A DNA stretch of 64,000 nucleotides from contig NZ_JAEKKT010000203.1 in assembly GCF_019510245.1 (NCBI RefSeq), forward strand, positions 5,639 to 69,638, given 5' to 3'. Source of the DNA: Streptomyces sp. (lineage in GTDB: Bacteria; Actinomycetota; Actinomycetes; Streptomycetales; Streptomycetaceae). The notes under the pieces were generated by a model. It searched no databases. It was given only the letters and a program-made list of their open reading frames with translations, and had not been told where the DNA came from. Of the stretch, positions 8,663-20,101 are shown piece by piece; positions within the stretch are counted from its first letter, which is position 1; every line of letters begins with the position of its first letter. The translations under genes and the position numbers were made by a program.

Positions 8663-11254
8663 ATGATGGACCTGCTAGAGCGAGAGGCCGTACTCCAGGA
8701 CCTCACCGGTCACCTGCAGGAAGCGGTGACCGGCCCTGGACGACTGGCCCTTGTGCGCGGCGAGGCCGGCATCGGCAAGACCAGCGTCGTCAACCGCCTG
8801 GCCCAACTGGCCGATCCCCGGATCCGGATCCTGGTGGGCGCCTGTGACCCGCTGGCCACGCCCCGCCCCCTGGGCCCTCTGACAGACCTGGCTCCGCGCC
8901 TGGGCCAGACGGTGCGGACCGCGCTGACCGGGGCGCTGGCGGGGACCTGCCGGTCCGGGGAGGTCTTCGACTGTCTGCTCGCCGATCTGAGCTCCTGCCC
9001 CAGCCTGCTGGTGGTGGAGGACGTCCACTGGGCCGACGAGGCCACGACGGACCTGCTGCGATATCTGGCCCGGCGCCTGCCGAGCGTTCCGGCGCTGGTG
9101 GTGGCCACCTATCGCGACGACGAGATCGGCCGTACCCACGACGTGACCGCACTCCTGGGCACGCTGGCCGGGTATCCGTGGGTACACCGCCACGACCTGG
9201 CCCCGCTGAGCCGTCGGGCCGTGGCCCGGCTGGCCGGCGGGCACCCCGTGGACGCCGAACAGCTCTACCACGTCTCCGCCGGCAACCCGTTCATCGTCAC
9301 CGAGATCCTGGCCGCCCCCGGGGAGGCCATCCCCGCCACGGTGCGCGAGGCCGCGGCGGGCCGCCTGGCCGGACTGTCGGCCGCGGCCCGCGAGGTCGTC
9401 GACGTGCTGGCGGTCCTGGGGCGCCGGGTCCCGCTTCCACTGCTGGCCGGCATGGTGCCGGCCCCGGAGGAGGCGCTCGACGAGGCGGTGGCCGGCGGAA
9501 TCGTGCGGACCGACGGGCAGGTGGCCGAGTTCCGCCATGAGCTGACCCGGCTGACGGTGCTGGAATCCGTCCCGGCCGCCTACCGGCTGCGGACGCACCA
9601 GCAGGTGCTGGCCGCGATGCGGTCCCGGCCGGTCGTCGCCGACGATCTGGCGCTCCTGGCCGACCACGCCGAGGGCGCCGGGGATCCCGTCGCCGTCCTG
9701 GAGTACGCGCCCGCCGCGGCCGCCCATGCCGCCGCGCTGGGCGCGCACCGGGAGGCGGCCGCCCAGTACGCCCGCGCTCTGCGGTACGCCGACCTTCTGC
9801 CGCTCGACCGGAGGACCTCCCTGCTGGAGGGCCACTCACAGGCCTGTCTGCTGTCCAGCTGGCTGGACGAGGGGATCGCCTCCCGCCGCAAGGCGGTGAA
9901 GCTGCGCCGCGCCCTGGGCGACCGGCTGCGCGAGGGCGAGGACCTGCGCTGGCTGTCGTGCTGGCTGTGGCCGTTCGGGCGGACCGTCGAGGCCGGACGG
10001 ACCGGCCTCGACGCGGTGCGGGTGCTCGAAGGGCTGGGGCCGAGCCGGGAGTTGGCCCGGGCGTACCTGAACCTCTGCCAGCTGGCCTGCTACGAGCACG
10101 AGGAAGTGCGGGTGACCGCCTCCTACGCCGAGCAGGCGATCGCTCTGGGCGAGCGCTTCGGCGACGCGGGGGTGGTCGTGCAGGCCCGTTTCCATGCGGC
10201 GGCGGCAGCCATGCTGAGCGGGGGGTCCGGCTGGGAGGAGTGCGAACAGGCGGTGGCCAGCGCGATGGCGCAGGACCTGCCGGAGGACGCGGGCTTCCTG
10301 GCGCTCATCATGTGCTGGTTCGCGGCCCTGCAACGCGATGCCGCCCGGACGGCCGCGGCCGTGGACCGGTCGGAGGCCTACTGCCTCGATCACGATCTGC
10401 TGTCCTACCTGCTGTGCACGAGGGCCTGGGGCAGCTGGGGGCTCCTGAGCCGGGGCTCGTGGGCCCAGGCCGCCGACGCCGCGCAGGAGGTCCTCTCCCA
10501 TCCCAGCTCGCCACCGGTCGTCGAGGCCCTGGCCCTGACCGTCCTGGGTCTGGTGCGGGCCCGCCAGGGCAGGGCCCGGGCGTGGCCGCTGCTGGAGCAG
10601 GCGGCGGGCCTGGTCGACTCGGGCTGCCTGCTGGACACGGGACTGGGGTGGGAGGCCCGGGTCGAGACGGCCTGGCTGGCCGGCGACCACGAGCTGGCGC
10701 GGACCGAGGCACAACGCGGCCTGGACGCCCTGGCGGAGCGCAGCCATCCCTGGCTGTCCGGGCCCCTGGCCTGCTGGCTCGGCCGCCTCGGAGGAGCACC
10801 CCCGCAGGTGCCCGGGGCCGGACCCTACGCCCTGGAACTGGCCGGCGACTGGGCCGGCGCCGCCGCCCAGTGGGACAGGCTCGGCTGCCCCTACCAGGCC
10901 GCGCTCGCCCGCCTGTCCGGCGACGCGCCGGCGCTGCGCCAGGCTCTGGCCGCCTTCGAGGCCCTCGACGCCCGGCCGGTCGTGGCACGTACCCGCGCCG
11001 TGATGCGCGCCCGCGGTGTCCGCCCGGCCCGGCGAGGCCCGCGGGCGGCCACCCGGGCCAATCCGTACGGGCTGACCATCCGGGAGATGGACGTCCTCAA
11101 GCTGCTGCACGAGGGCCTGTCGGACGCCGAGATCGCCGCCCGTCTCTACATCACGCCCAAGACCGCCGGGCACCACGTGGGCGCGGTCCTGGCCAAGCTC
11201 GGCGTCCACTCCCGTCAGGAAGCCGCCCGTAGACTCCACGATTCGAAACGCTGA
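8663..11254 (+). CDS. Large ATP-binding LuxR-family (LAL/STAND) regulator
   Basis: Walker A GEAGIGKT, Walker B VVEDVHWAD, GNPF, C-terminal LuxR HTH LTIREMDVL..EIAARLYIT. Confidence 0.93.
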   Translation: MMDLLEREAVLQDLTGHLQEAVTGPGRLALVRGEAGIGKTSVVNRLAQLADPRIRILVGACDPLATPRPLGPLTDLAPRLGQTVRTALTGALAGTCRSGEVFDCLLADLSSCPSLLVVEDVHWADEATTDLLRYLARRLPSVPALVVATYRDDEIGRTHDVTALLGTLAGYPWVHRHDLAPLSRRAVARLAGGHPVDAEQLYHVSAGNPFIVTEILAAPGEAIPATVREAAAGRLAGLSAAAREVVDVLAVLGRRVPLPLLAGMVPAPEEALDEAVAGGIVRTDGQVAEFRHELTRLTVLESVPAAYRLRTHQQVLAAMRSRPVVADDLALLADHAEGAGDPVAVLEYAPAAAAHAAALGAHREAAAQYARALRYADLLPLDRRTSLLEGHSQACLLSSWLDEGIASRRKAVKLRRALGDRLREGEDLRWLSCWLWPFGRTVEAGRTGLDAVRVLEGLGPSRELARAYLNLCQLACYEHEEVRVTASYAEQAIALGERFGDAGVVVQARFHAAAAAMLSGGSGWEECEQAVASAMAQDLPEDAGFLALIMCWFAALQRDAARTAAAVDRSEAYCLDHDLLSYLLCTRAWGSWGLLSRGSWAQAADAAQEVLSHPSSPPVVEALALTVLGLVRARQGRARAWPLLEQAAGLVDSGCLLDTGLGWEARVETAWLAGDHELARTEAQRGLDALAERSHPWLSGPLACWLGRLGGAPPQVPGAGPYALELAGDWAGAAAQWDRLGCPYQAALARLSGDAPALRQALAAFEALDARPVVARTRAVMRARGVRPARRGPRAATRANPYGLTIREMDVLKLLHEGLSDAEIAARLYITPKTAGHHVGAVLAKLGVHSRQEAARRLHDSKR

Positions 11255-11282
11255 CAAGTCTCCTCGAAAGGGGTGGACGAGA

Positions 11283-11555
11283 ATGCGGAGAGCAACCCTT
11301 TTGAACGCCGGCCTTGTGGTCGCGGTCTGCTGCTGTACAGCGCTCCTCCCGGCGCAGGAATCGCGGGCCGAACGGTGCTATGCGGCACACCGCAGTCCGA
11401 ACGTGATCGTGTGCTACCGGGATTCGTGGAAGGCCGAGTACAGACACGGCGACGTGGTCTACGTCCCCATACTCGTCCAGGTGCCCACGCCGGCCCACCC
11501 GCCCTCCGTGACGATCGTCGACAGCCTGGACGACATCCACCCGTCGGCGGCCTGA
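11283..11555 (+). CDS. Small putative secreted protein
   Basis: GAAAGGGG RBS, signal-like N-terminus, two Cys in the mature part; directly downstream of the LAL gene. Confidence 0.55.
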   Translation: MRRATLLNAGLVVAVCCCTALLPAQESRAERCYAAHRSPNVIVCYRDSWKAEYRHGDVVYVPILVQVPTPAHPPSVTIVDSLDDIHPSAA

Positions 11556-11604
11556 CCCCGGACGCCGGGAACCGGGCCGGCCGGCGCCCCGGGGCCGGAC
11601 CGGC

Positions 11605-11925
11605 CTACGCGCCGGGAGGGCGGAAGCCGACCTGCCGGCGGGCGGCCTCGTCGATCTCGTCGAGGGTGAGGAGGGGCGTGGCCCGGGTGCGGAGCGCGCC
11701 GCTGGCCTTGACGCTCAGGCTGACGGCGGCCATGGAGACCGCGTCGGGGAAGTCGAGGATGCACACGAAGTCGTCCTCTCCGAAGGCGAAGTACATGGCC
11801 TCGACAGTCCCCCCGAGGCCCGCGACGACCTGCTCGACGGCGGCCCGGCGGCCACTCGCGCCTTCCTTGAGCAAGCCCTTCGTCCCTTCGGGCGTGTAGG
11901 TGGCCTGGATGAGGAACTTCGGCAT
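11605..11925 (-). CDS. GYD-domain protein
   Basis: MPKFLIQATYT.EG, YFAFGEDD pattern. Confidence 0.85.
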   Translation of the reverse strand: MPKFLIQATYTPEGTKGLLKEGASGRRAAVEQVVAGLGGTVEAMYFAFGEDDFVCILDFPDAVSMAAVSLSVKASGALRTRATPLLTLDEIDEAARRQVGFRPPGA

Positions 11926-12030
11926 GGGGTACTCCCTGCACGTGCGGGGTCCGGTACGCACCATGGCCTTCCCGCCGCCACGGCGCGGGCCGATCAGCGA
12001 ACGGCTGGATTCACCCGTAAGACACACAAC

Positions 12031-12064
12031 GCGAAAGGCCCCGGATCTCTCCGGGGCCTTTCGC
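12031..12064 (-). terminator. Intrinsic terminator downstream of tRNA-Arg
   Basis: GCGAAAGGCCCCGGA-TCTC-TCCGGGGCCTTTCGC perfect hairpin. Confidence 0.8.
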
Positions 12065-12069
12065 CTGTG

Positions 12070-12142
12070 TGCACTCGGCAGGATTCGAACCTGCAACCTT
12101 CTGATCCGTAGTCAGATGCTCTATCCGTTAAGCTACGAGTGC
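12070..12142 (-). tRNA. tRNA-Arg(ACG)
   Basis: Full cloverleaf: GCACTCG acceptor, anticodon loop CT-ACG-GA, T-loop GGTTCGAATCC. Confidence 0.97.
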
Positions 12143-12419
12143 TTGTTGTTCTGTTTTCCTGTCCTCGCTCCCGGCCCTTCCGGCCCGCTCGCGGCGACAG
12201 GAAGAACATTACATGACTGCCGCCGCCATGTGAAATCCGTTAGGCGCACCCGTTGTGAGCTGCGGAAACGCCGTATCGGGCGGGTTGCAGGGAGGGCGGC
12301 CGGGCCGGGGGCGGGAGGGGCGTGTGCCGTCCGGCCGGGGGGTGGGTTCGCGGCGGCGGGGGCCGTGAACGCGAATCAGGGAGCCCAGACCGAAACGGTT
12401 GGACTCCCTGAGTCAGGTG

Positions 12420-12469
12420 CGGAGGCGGAGGGATTTGAACCCTCGATGGGCTTTAAGGCCCAAACCGCA
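12420..12469 (-). pseudogene. 3' half of a tRNA-Ser, probably Ser(GCT); 5' half and anticodon absent
   Basis: TGCGGTTTGGGCCTTAAAGCCCATCGAGGGTTCAAATCCCTCCGCCTCCG gives long variable arm, T-arm and 3' acceptor strand; no 5' acceptor strand, D-arm or anticodon loop upstream. Confidence 0.8.
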
Positions 12470-12618
12470 CGCGAGTGGTGCGTGCAGATGATGACACAGT
12501 CGAGCGTGCTGTCACCAATCGGCTCCCACGGTACTAGGCAGCCGGGCCACAGGGCAAAGCCCTTCCCTCCGGCCGGGGCGCCGCGCAACGTCCGGGCGGG
12601 GCGCGCGTTGGGCAGGGT

Positions 12619-13050
12619 ATGTCGCACTTCGCCGCGCGGGGCGCCCTCGGGGCCGTCGCCGCCGTCCTCGGGTCCGTCCCCGCCCTGCCCGCCTCCGCCG
12701 CCGTCGCGGACGACCACCTCACCGTCACCGTGCTCCACGCCGGGGCCGGGCGGGACGGGACGTACGAGCTGTCCTGTCACCCCGGCGCCGGCAGTCACCC
12801 GGACGTGGCCGGGGCCTGCCGGGTGCTGGACCGGAACACGCGCTGGGGCCGGGACACCTTCGCGCCGGTCGCCCCCGGCACCGCCTGCACCATGCTCTAC
12901 GGCGGCCCGGCCACCGCCCATGTCACCGGGACCTGGGCCGGCCGCCCGGTCGACGCCACGTACGACCGCAGCGACGGCTGCGAGATCGGGCGCTGGGACC
13001 GGATGGTTCCGCTGCTGCCCGGCCTCGGCACACCAGGTGATCTCGGCTGA
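12619..13050 (+). CDS. SSI-family secreted subtilisin inhibitor
   Basis: Signal peptide, LSCHPG.GSHP...AC, CTMLYGGP, TGTW.G. Confidence 0.88.
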   Translation: MSHFAARGALGAVAAVLGSVPALPASAAVADDHLTVTVLHAGAGRDGTYELSCHPGAGSHPDVAGACRVLDRNTRWGRDTFAPVAPGTACTMLYGGPATAHVTGTWAGRPVDATYDRSDGCEIGRWDRMVPLLPGLGTPGDLG

Positions 13051-13330
13051 CGGACAGGCCTGGTCCCGACTGCCGGACAGAGCCCGTCCCAAGGGCACGC
13101 ACAGGCGTTTCACGGGCGCGGCCCCGCTTCCGTAAAGGGTCCGCGAAGGTATGGCGGAGGTGAGGCGTGTCGGTCACATGTTCGCCGTCACTTCGTCGTG
13201 CGACCTCCCTCTCATCCGGCGTCGCGAGCGCAACCGGTGCCTTTAGACTCCCTCGCGTGACACGCCGCGGGCCGGTTGGCAAGATGGCCCGAGCGGTCGG
13301 CAAGGTGCGGTAACAGGGAGGAAGCGTCTC

Positions 13331-16300
13331 GTGAGCAGCAGGCCATCCCGAGGCGCTGCTCGCCTCGCAGCCATACTGGACGCGCTGCCGGATGCGTTGG
13401 TGCTGGTCAACGCCAACGGCACCGTCGTCAACGCGAACACCATCGCCCTGGAGGCCTTCGAGGCGCCGGGCACCGCGCTGGTGGGACGCGGGCTGCTCGA
13501 TCTGCTCCCGCAGTTCGACTCCCGGCTGATCCCGGGCTCGATGCGGCGGCCCGACCACATGGATCCCCGTGGCCGGACGAAGCCCACGCGGATGATCGCG
13601 CGGCGCACCGACGGGACCGAGTTCCCGGTCGAGGTCACCAGCGCCAACCTGGAGAACGGGCAGCAGGCGTACGACGGTTACGGCTACAGCGGCGACGAGC
13701 TGCTGATGCTCGTGGTCCGCGACCTGACCGGCACCGTGGACACCGAGGCCGAGCTGGCCCGCTCGCAGCGGCAGACCGAGATGATCCTGCGGGCGGCGAG
13801 CGAGGGTGTCGTGGGGACGGACACCGACGGGCGGATCGTCCTCGTGAACCCGGCCGCCGCCCAGATACTGGGATACCGGGCCGGTGAACTCGGCGGCAAG
13901 GAGCTGCACGACCTCGTGCTGCACTCGCGCGCCGACGGCTCCCCCTTCCCGTACGCCGAGTCACCGCTCGCCGACACCCTGCGCTCCGGGCGCAAGCACC
14001 GGGTGCGTGGGCAGGTTCTGTGGGCCAACGGCGACAAGAAGGTGCCGGTCGACCTGACCACCGCACCGGTGCGCGACGGCGACCAGCTGGTCGGCGCCGT
14101 GATGACGTTCACCGACCGGCGGCCGTACGACTCCGTCGTCGACGAGAAGACCGCCCAGGAGAAGGCGCACGCCGACGAGCTGGAGCGGCTCTCCGAGGAG
14201 CACGCCTCCGACCTGACCGCGCTGCGGCAGAAGCACGTCACCGAGGTCGAGGAGCTGCTCGAACGGCACGCCGAGGAACTGGCGGCCGGCGAGGACCGGT
14301 ACGCGGCCCTCGGTGAGCGCGAGAAGGACCGGTACGAGGCCCTCGCCGGGCGTCACGAGCAGCTGCTGACGCTGCTCGCGCAGTCGCTCCGCGGCCCCCT
14401 GGACGAGCTGCGCCGGGAGCTCGCCGCGCTCGCCGCCGACGACGCCGGGCAGCTGTGGCCCGAGGCCAACCAGGTGCTCCACCATCTCTCGGCCGGTTAC
14501 TCGCGGATCACCCAGCTCATCGACAACGTGCTCGGCTACCAGCGGCTGGACGCCGGGTCGGAGGACATCAACCGCACGAAGGTCATGCTCGACGCCGTCG
14601 TCGCCGCCGGTGTGGAGGGGGCGGTGGAGCTGATCGGGCCCGGGCGGGTGCAGTTCGCCGTGCACGCGCCGCCCATCGAGGCCGAGGTGGACCCGCAGCG
14701 GCTGGCCGTCGCGCTCGCGCATCTCATCGCGGACGTGGCAGGAGTCGACGCGACCGGCAACGCGCCCGTCTCCGCGGGCGGCTACATGGACAACACGGTC
14801 GTGGTCGCGGCGGCGCAGCGTGGCGAGGTCGTCCGTATCGAGGTGCGCGGGCCCTACGCCGGGGGAGACCCGGTGCACGAGCCGATCGTGCGAGGGATCG
14901 TGCGGGCCCACGGCGGGGTGCTGCAGACCCACGAGGTACCGGGCATGAGCGGCAGCGCGTTCGTGCTGGAGGTGCCGATCGGGGGCGGCGCCGGCGCGGT
15001 GCCCCCGCCGCCCGGCACGGAGGTGGCCCTCGTCACGGCCGCCGACGAGACCGCTGCCGGCGGGCGGCGGCGGGCCCGGCGGTCCTCCGTGGACGCCGTC
15101 CTGGAGAGCGAAGTTCCCGGCGAGGCGGGCGGCGACGGCGAGTCCCCGGCCGCACCGACCGGACGGCGGCGCCGACGGGCCGCCGAGGCGGCGGACCCGG
15201 AGATCGGGCCCGCGGCGATCGAGAGCGCGGAGCCGGCGTCCGGCGGCACCGGACGGCGGCGCGGACGTCCCGCCGACGGTGACGGAGGCCCAGGCGTCGC
15301 CGAGGGTGCCGTGATGACGGCGGCCGAGCAGGGTGCCGGTGCGGCCGCCTCGGGTACGGGACTGGGCGGCACCGTTCCGCCGCAGGGCGTGCCCGTGCCG
15401 GCGCCGGGGCGGCGCGCCCGGCGCGAGCCCGACGAGCTGCAGGCGCTGCCGCCCGCGCTGCCCTCGGCGCCGTCCGAGCCGGCGGCCGAGCCCGCGTTCG
15501 ACGAGAGCCGGCCCGGCGGCCGGCGGCGGCGGGCGCTGGCCGCCGCCGCCGAGCGGGCCGAGCAGCAGCAGGCCGGGCCCCGCCCGGTCTTCGCGCTGCC
15601 GCCCGCCGAGGCCGACCGCACTCCTGAGCCGGTCCAGGCGGTGGAGGCGGCGGCCGACGAAGGCCGGCACGACGCCGTGGCGCACGACCAGGCCGAGGAC
15701 CACACCCCGCCGCAGCCGCACCCCACCAGCGCGCCGACCGGCCGTCGGCGGCGGGCGGTGGGCCAGCCGCCGGCCGAGAACACCCCGGCCGCCGCGGCCG
15801 TGCCGACGGTGCCTGCCCAGGCGGCCGCTCCCGGACAGCCGGTGCAGCCTCAGGGCGTCCCGGGCCAGAGCGTCCAGCCCGGGCAGCCTCAGGGCATCCC
15901 GGCGCAGGCCGGCCCGACGGCGGGCCAGGTCGCCGGTCCGGCCGGTGTCCCCGTCGCCCCGGCGGCCGGTGTCCCCGTCCCCCCGGCGGCCGGTGTCCCC
16001 GTCGCCCCGGCGGCCGGCGCCCAGCAGTCCGTGCCGGCGGGTCAGGGCCGGCCCGGTCTTCCGGTCCCGCAGGTGCTGCCGGGCGCGGCGGCCGTTCCGG
16101 CGCAGGCGTCGCCGCAGATCCAGCCGCAGCCGCAGAGCGCCGCTCCGGTGGCGCCGGGGCAGCCCGCCCCGGCCGCCGAAGCCACCCCGGTTCCGGCCCA
16201 GCCGCTTCCGCTCCCCCTTCCGGCGGAGGCCGCGCCGGTGGCCCCCGTACCGCAGCAGTGGCCGGGCGCCGAGGACGCTCCCGCCGCCGCCCAACCCGCG

Positions 16301-17512
16301 CGTGCCGCGCAGCCGTTGCCCGCCGAGGCGGCCGCGGCGGCTCCGGCGCCGGTCGACCCGGACTCCACGCAGGGCCGGGCGTTCAGCGTGCGGACGCTGG
16401 GGCAGGGGGTGCCGTTCTCGCGGCAGGCCGCGCAGGTGCAGCAGCCCATGCCGACCCCGCCCCCGCACCAGCCGGGTGGCAACGGGCGGCGCCGCAAGCT
16501 GGGCACGCGTCCCGATCCGGGGACCGCTGCCGAGCAGCCGGGGGCCGAGCAGCCCGCGCAGTCCGCCCGTCCGCATCCGCCGGCCGAGCAGCCGGTCGCC
16601 GCACAGCCGCTGCCGCAGCCGTCGCTGGCCGGGCAGTCCCGGCTGGTGGGGGCCACCGAGGGCGGTGGGCGGTCGTACGCGATAGGCGCACCGGACGTGA
16701 ACGCCGCCGAGGGTCCGGAGCCGCTGGACGGTCCGGGTGGGGCGGTCGAGGTCGCGGACCCGCCGCGCCCGCAGCCGCTGGACGACGAACTGCCCCCGGA
16801 GCCGCTGGACAACCCGCGCCGGCTGCTGGTGTGGCCCGCACCGGACGTCACCACCCAGCAGGCGCTGAGCGACCGCGGCTACCGGCCGGTGATCGTGAAC
16901 TCCCGCGACGAGGTCGACGCGCAGATCGCCGCGTTCCCGGCGGCGCTGTTCGTGGACCCGCTGACCGGGCCGATCACCCGGACCGCGCTGCAGGCACTGC
17001 GGCAGGCGGCGGTGGCGGCCGAGGTGCCGGTGATGGTCACGGCCGGTCTGGGACAGGCGACGCGGGAGGCGGCGTACGGCGCCGATCCCGCCGTCCTCCT
17101 GAAGGCGCTCGCGCCCCGGGACAGCGAGCAGCATCCGCCCCGGGTGCTGCTGATCGAGGAGCACGCGGAGATCGCGCTCGCGCTGACCTCGACGCTGGAG
17201 CGGCGCGGGATGCAGGTGGCGCGGGCGGCGAGCGACGCGGACGCGGTGACGCTGGCCGGGCAGCTGCGGCCCAACCTGGTGGTGATGGACCTGATGCAGG
17301 TGCACCGCCGGCAGGCCGGGATCATCGACTGGCTGCGGGCGAACGGGCAGCTGAACCGGACGCCGCTGGTCGTCTACACGGCGGCGGTGGACCAGGCGGA
17401 CCTGCCGAGGCTGGCGTCCGGCGAGACGGTCCTGTTCCTGGCGGAACGCTCGACGAGTGCCGAGGTGCAGAGCCGGATCGTGGACCTGCTGGCCAGGATC
17501 GGTACGAACTGA
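13331..17512 (+). CDS. Hybrid PAS-PAS / degenerate kinase / long linker / receiver-domain sensor
   Basis: Two PAS domains (RRTDGTEFPVEV; VNPAAAQILGY), coiled coil, HATPase-like region, Pro/Ala linker, C-terminal REC (VLLIEE..VVMDL). Confidence 0.88.
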   Translation: MSSRPSRGAARLAAILDALPDALVLVNANGTVVNANTIALEAFEAPGTALVGRGLLDLLPQFDSRLIPGSMRRPDHMDPRGRTKPTRMIARRTDGTEFPVEVTSANLENGQQAYDGYGYSGDELLMLVVRDLTGTVDTEAELARSQRQTEMILRAASEGVVGTDTDGRIVLVNPAAAQILGYRAGELGGKELHDLVLHSRADGSPFPYAESPLADTLRSGRKHRVRGQVLWANGDKKVPVDLTTAPVRDGDQLVGAVMTFTDRRPYDSVVDEKTAQEKAHADELERLSEEHASDLTALRQKHVTEVEELLERHAEELAAGEDRYAALGEREKDRYEALAGRHEQLLTLLAQSLRGPLDELRRELAALAADDAGQLWPEANQVLHHLSAGYSRITQLIDNVLGYQRLDAGSEDINRTKVMLDAVVAAGVEGAVELIGPGRVQFAVHAPPIEAEVDPQRLAVALAHLIADVAGVDATGNAPVSAGGYMDNTVVVAAAQRGEVVRIEVRGPYAGGDPVHEPIVRGIVRAHGGVLQTHEVPGMSGSAFVLEVPIGGGAGAVPPPPGTEVALVTAADETAAGGRRRARRSSVDAVLESEVPGEAGGDGESPAAPTGRRRRRAAEAADPEIGPAAIESAEPASGGTGRRRGRPADGDGGPGVAEGAVMTAAEQGAGAAASGTGLGGTVPPQGVPVPAPGRRARREPDELQALPPALPSAPSEPAAEPAFDESRPGGRRRRALAAAAERAEQQQAGPRPVFALPPAEADRTPEPVQAVEAAADEGRHDAVAHDQAEDHTPPQPHPTSAPTGRRRRAVGQPPAENTPAAAAVPTVPAQAAAPGQPVQPQGVPGQSVQPGQPQGIPAQAGPTAGQVAGPAGVPVAPAAGVPVPPAAGVPVAPAAGAQQSVPAGQGRPGLPVPQVLPGAAAVPAQASPQIQPQPQSAAPVAPGQPAPAAEATPVPAQPLPLPLPAEAAPVAPVPQQWPGAEDAPAAAQPARAAQPLPAEAAAAAPAPVDPDSTQGRAFSVRTLGQGVPFSRQAAQVQQPMPTPPPHQPGGNGRRRKLGTRPDPGTAAEQPGAEQPAQSARPHPPAEQPVAAQPLPQPSLAGQSRLVGATEGGGRSYAIGAPDVNAAEGPEPLDGPGGAVEVADPPRPQPLDDELPPEPLDNPRRLLVWPAPDVTTQQALSDRGYRPVIVNSRDEVDAQIAAFPAALFVDPLTGPITRTALQALRQAAVAAEVPVMVTAGLGQATREAAYGADPAVLLKALAPRDSEQHPPRVLLIEEHAEIALALTSTLERRGMQVARAASDADAVTLAGQLRPNLVVMDLMQVHRRQAGIIDWLRANGQLNRTPLVVYTAAVDQADLPRLASGETVLFLAERSTSAEVQSRIVDLLARIGTN

Positions 17513-17523
17513 GAATGCCGTTC

Positions 17524-17586
17524 GGGGAACTGCCGACCTTCGGCCACGGGTTGTCCGTGGCTGGTCGCGCAGTTCCCCGCGCCCCT
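17524..17586. repeat. REP-like palindromic repeat between convergent genes
   Basis: GGGGAACTGC...GCAGTTCCCC stem; GCTGGTCGCGCAGTTCC core shared with the 60.5 and 60.9 kb copies. Confidence 0.7.
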
Positions 17587-17596
17587 CACTGGGCGC

Positions 17597-19252
<1,656 letters not shown>

Positions 19253-19362
19253 GGCGTCCTCCCGGGGGGCGACATTGCCAACTCGGCGGTGAAAGGGCTG
19301 CGCTGATTCTGCTCACATACCGTGCGGTATGTCACTAGGGGAAAGCCAACAAAGCCCGGCCG

Positions 19363-19932
19363 CTACCGCGCCAGGTCCAGCTCGGGGTCCTCGCGCAGCT
19401 TGCCCAGCGCACGCGACACGGCCGACTTCACCGTGCCCACCGACACCCCGAGCACCTCGGCCGTCTGCACCTCACTCAGGTCCTCGTAGTACCGGAGCAC
19501 CACCATCGCCCGCTGCCGCGCCGGAAGCTTCGTGATCGCCCGCCACATCGCGTCGTGCAGCGCCTGCCGTTCGGCCGGGTCGTCCTCGCCGGGCACCGGC
19601 TCGGGCTCGGGCATCTCGTCGCAGACGAACTCGTCCACCCGGCGCTTGCGCCACTGCGAGGTCCGGGTGTTGAGCAGCGCCCGGCGCACATAGCCGTCGA
19701 GGGCCCGGTGGTCCTCGATCCGCTCCCAGGCCACGTAGGTCTTGGCGAGCGCGGTCTGGAGGAGGTCCTCGGCGTCGCTCGGGTTCGCGGTCAGCGACCG
19801 TGCGGTGCGCAGCAGGACGGGCTGACGGGCCCTGACGTACGACGCGAACGACGGGTACGGGCGGGCGTGTGCGCGGGTCTGCCTCGCCGCGACAGCGGCG
19901 TCCGAAGCGCTGGTGCAGACGGGTGTGGTCAT
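19363..19932 (-). CDS. ECF (SigE-family) RNA polymerase sigma factor
   Basis: DAEDLLQTALAK region 2; RQRAMVVLRYYEDLSE..GTVKS region 4. Confidence 0.93.
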   Translation of the reverse strand: MTTPVCTSASDAAVAARQTRAHARPYPSFASYVRARQPVLLRTARSLTANPSDAEDLLQTALAKTYVAWERIEDHRALDGYVRRALLNTRTSQWRKRRVDEFVCDEMPEPEPVPGEDDPAERQALHDAMWRAITKLPARQRAMVVLRYYEDLSEVQTAEVLGVSVGTVKSAVSRALGKLREDPELDLAR

Positions 19933-20101
19933 GGCTCCACGCTATGAGCGAACGGTGTCACGGCGGATCGGCCGCAGGTCCCGAAGCCAAGTCCCCCTCA
20001 GGTTGTAGGGGTGGGGCTGCCTACACCTCCTGAAGGTGGAGTACGGGCGCAGAATTCCTGCGGGTTTACCCCTGAGGGAGGAGTACGACGAGTGCGCGGC
20101 C

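Noticed and set aside
15941-16017. 24-bp tandem repeat inside the hybrid sensor gene
   Set aside because: Simple in-frame expansion (AGVPVAPA) in a low-complexity linker.
13961-17305. Very long antisense ORFs (e.g. 1114 aa), also throughout the window
   Set aside because: Expected stop-poor shadows in high-GC DNA opposite well-supported genes; no recognisable motifs.
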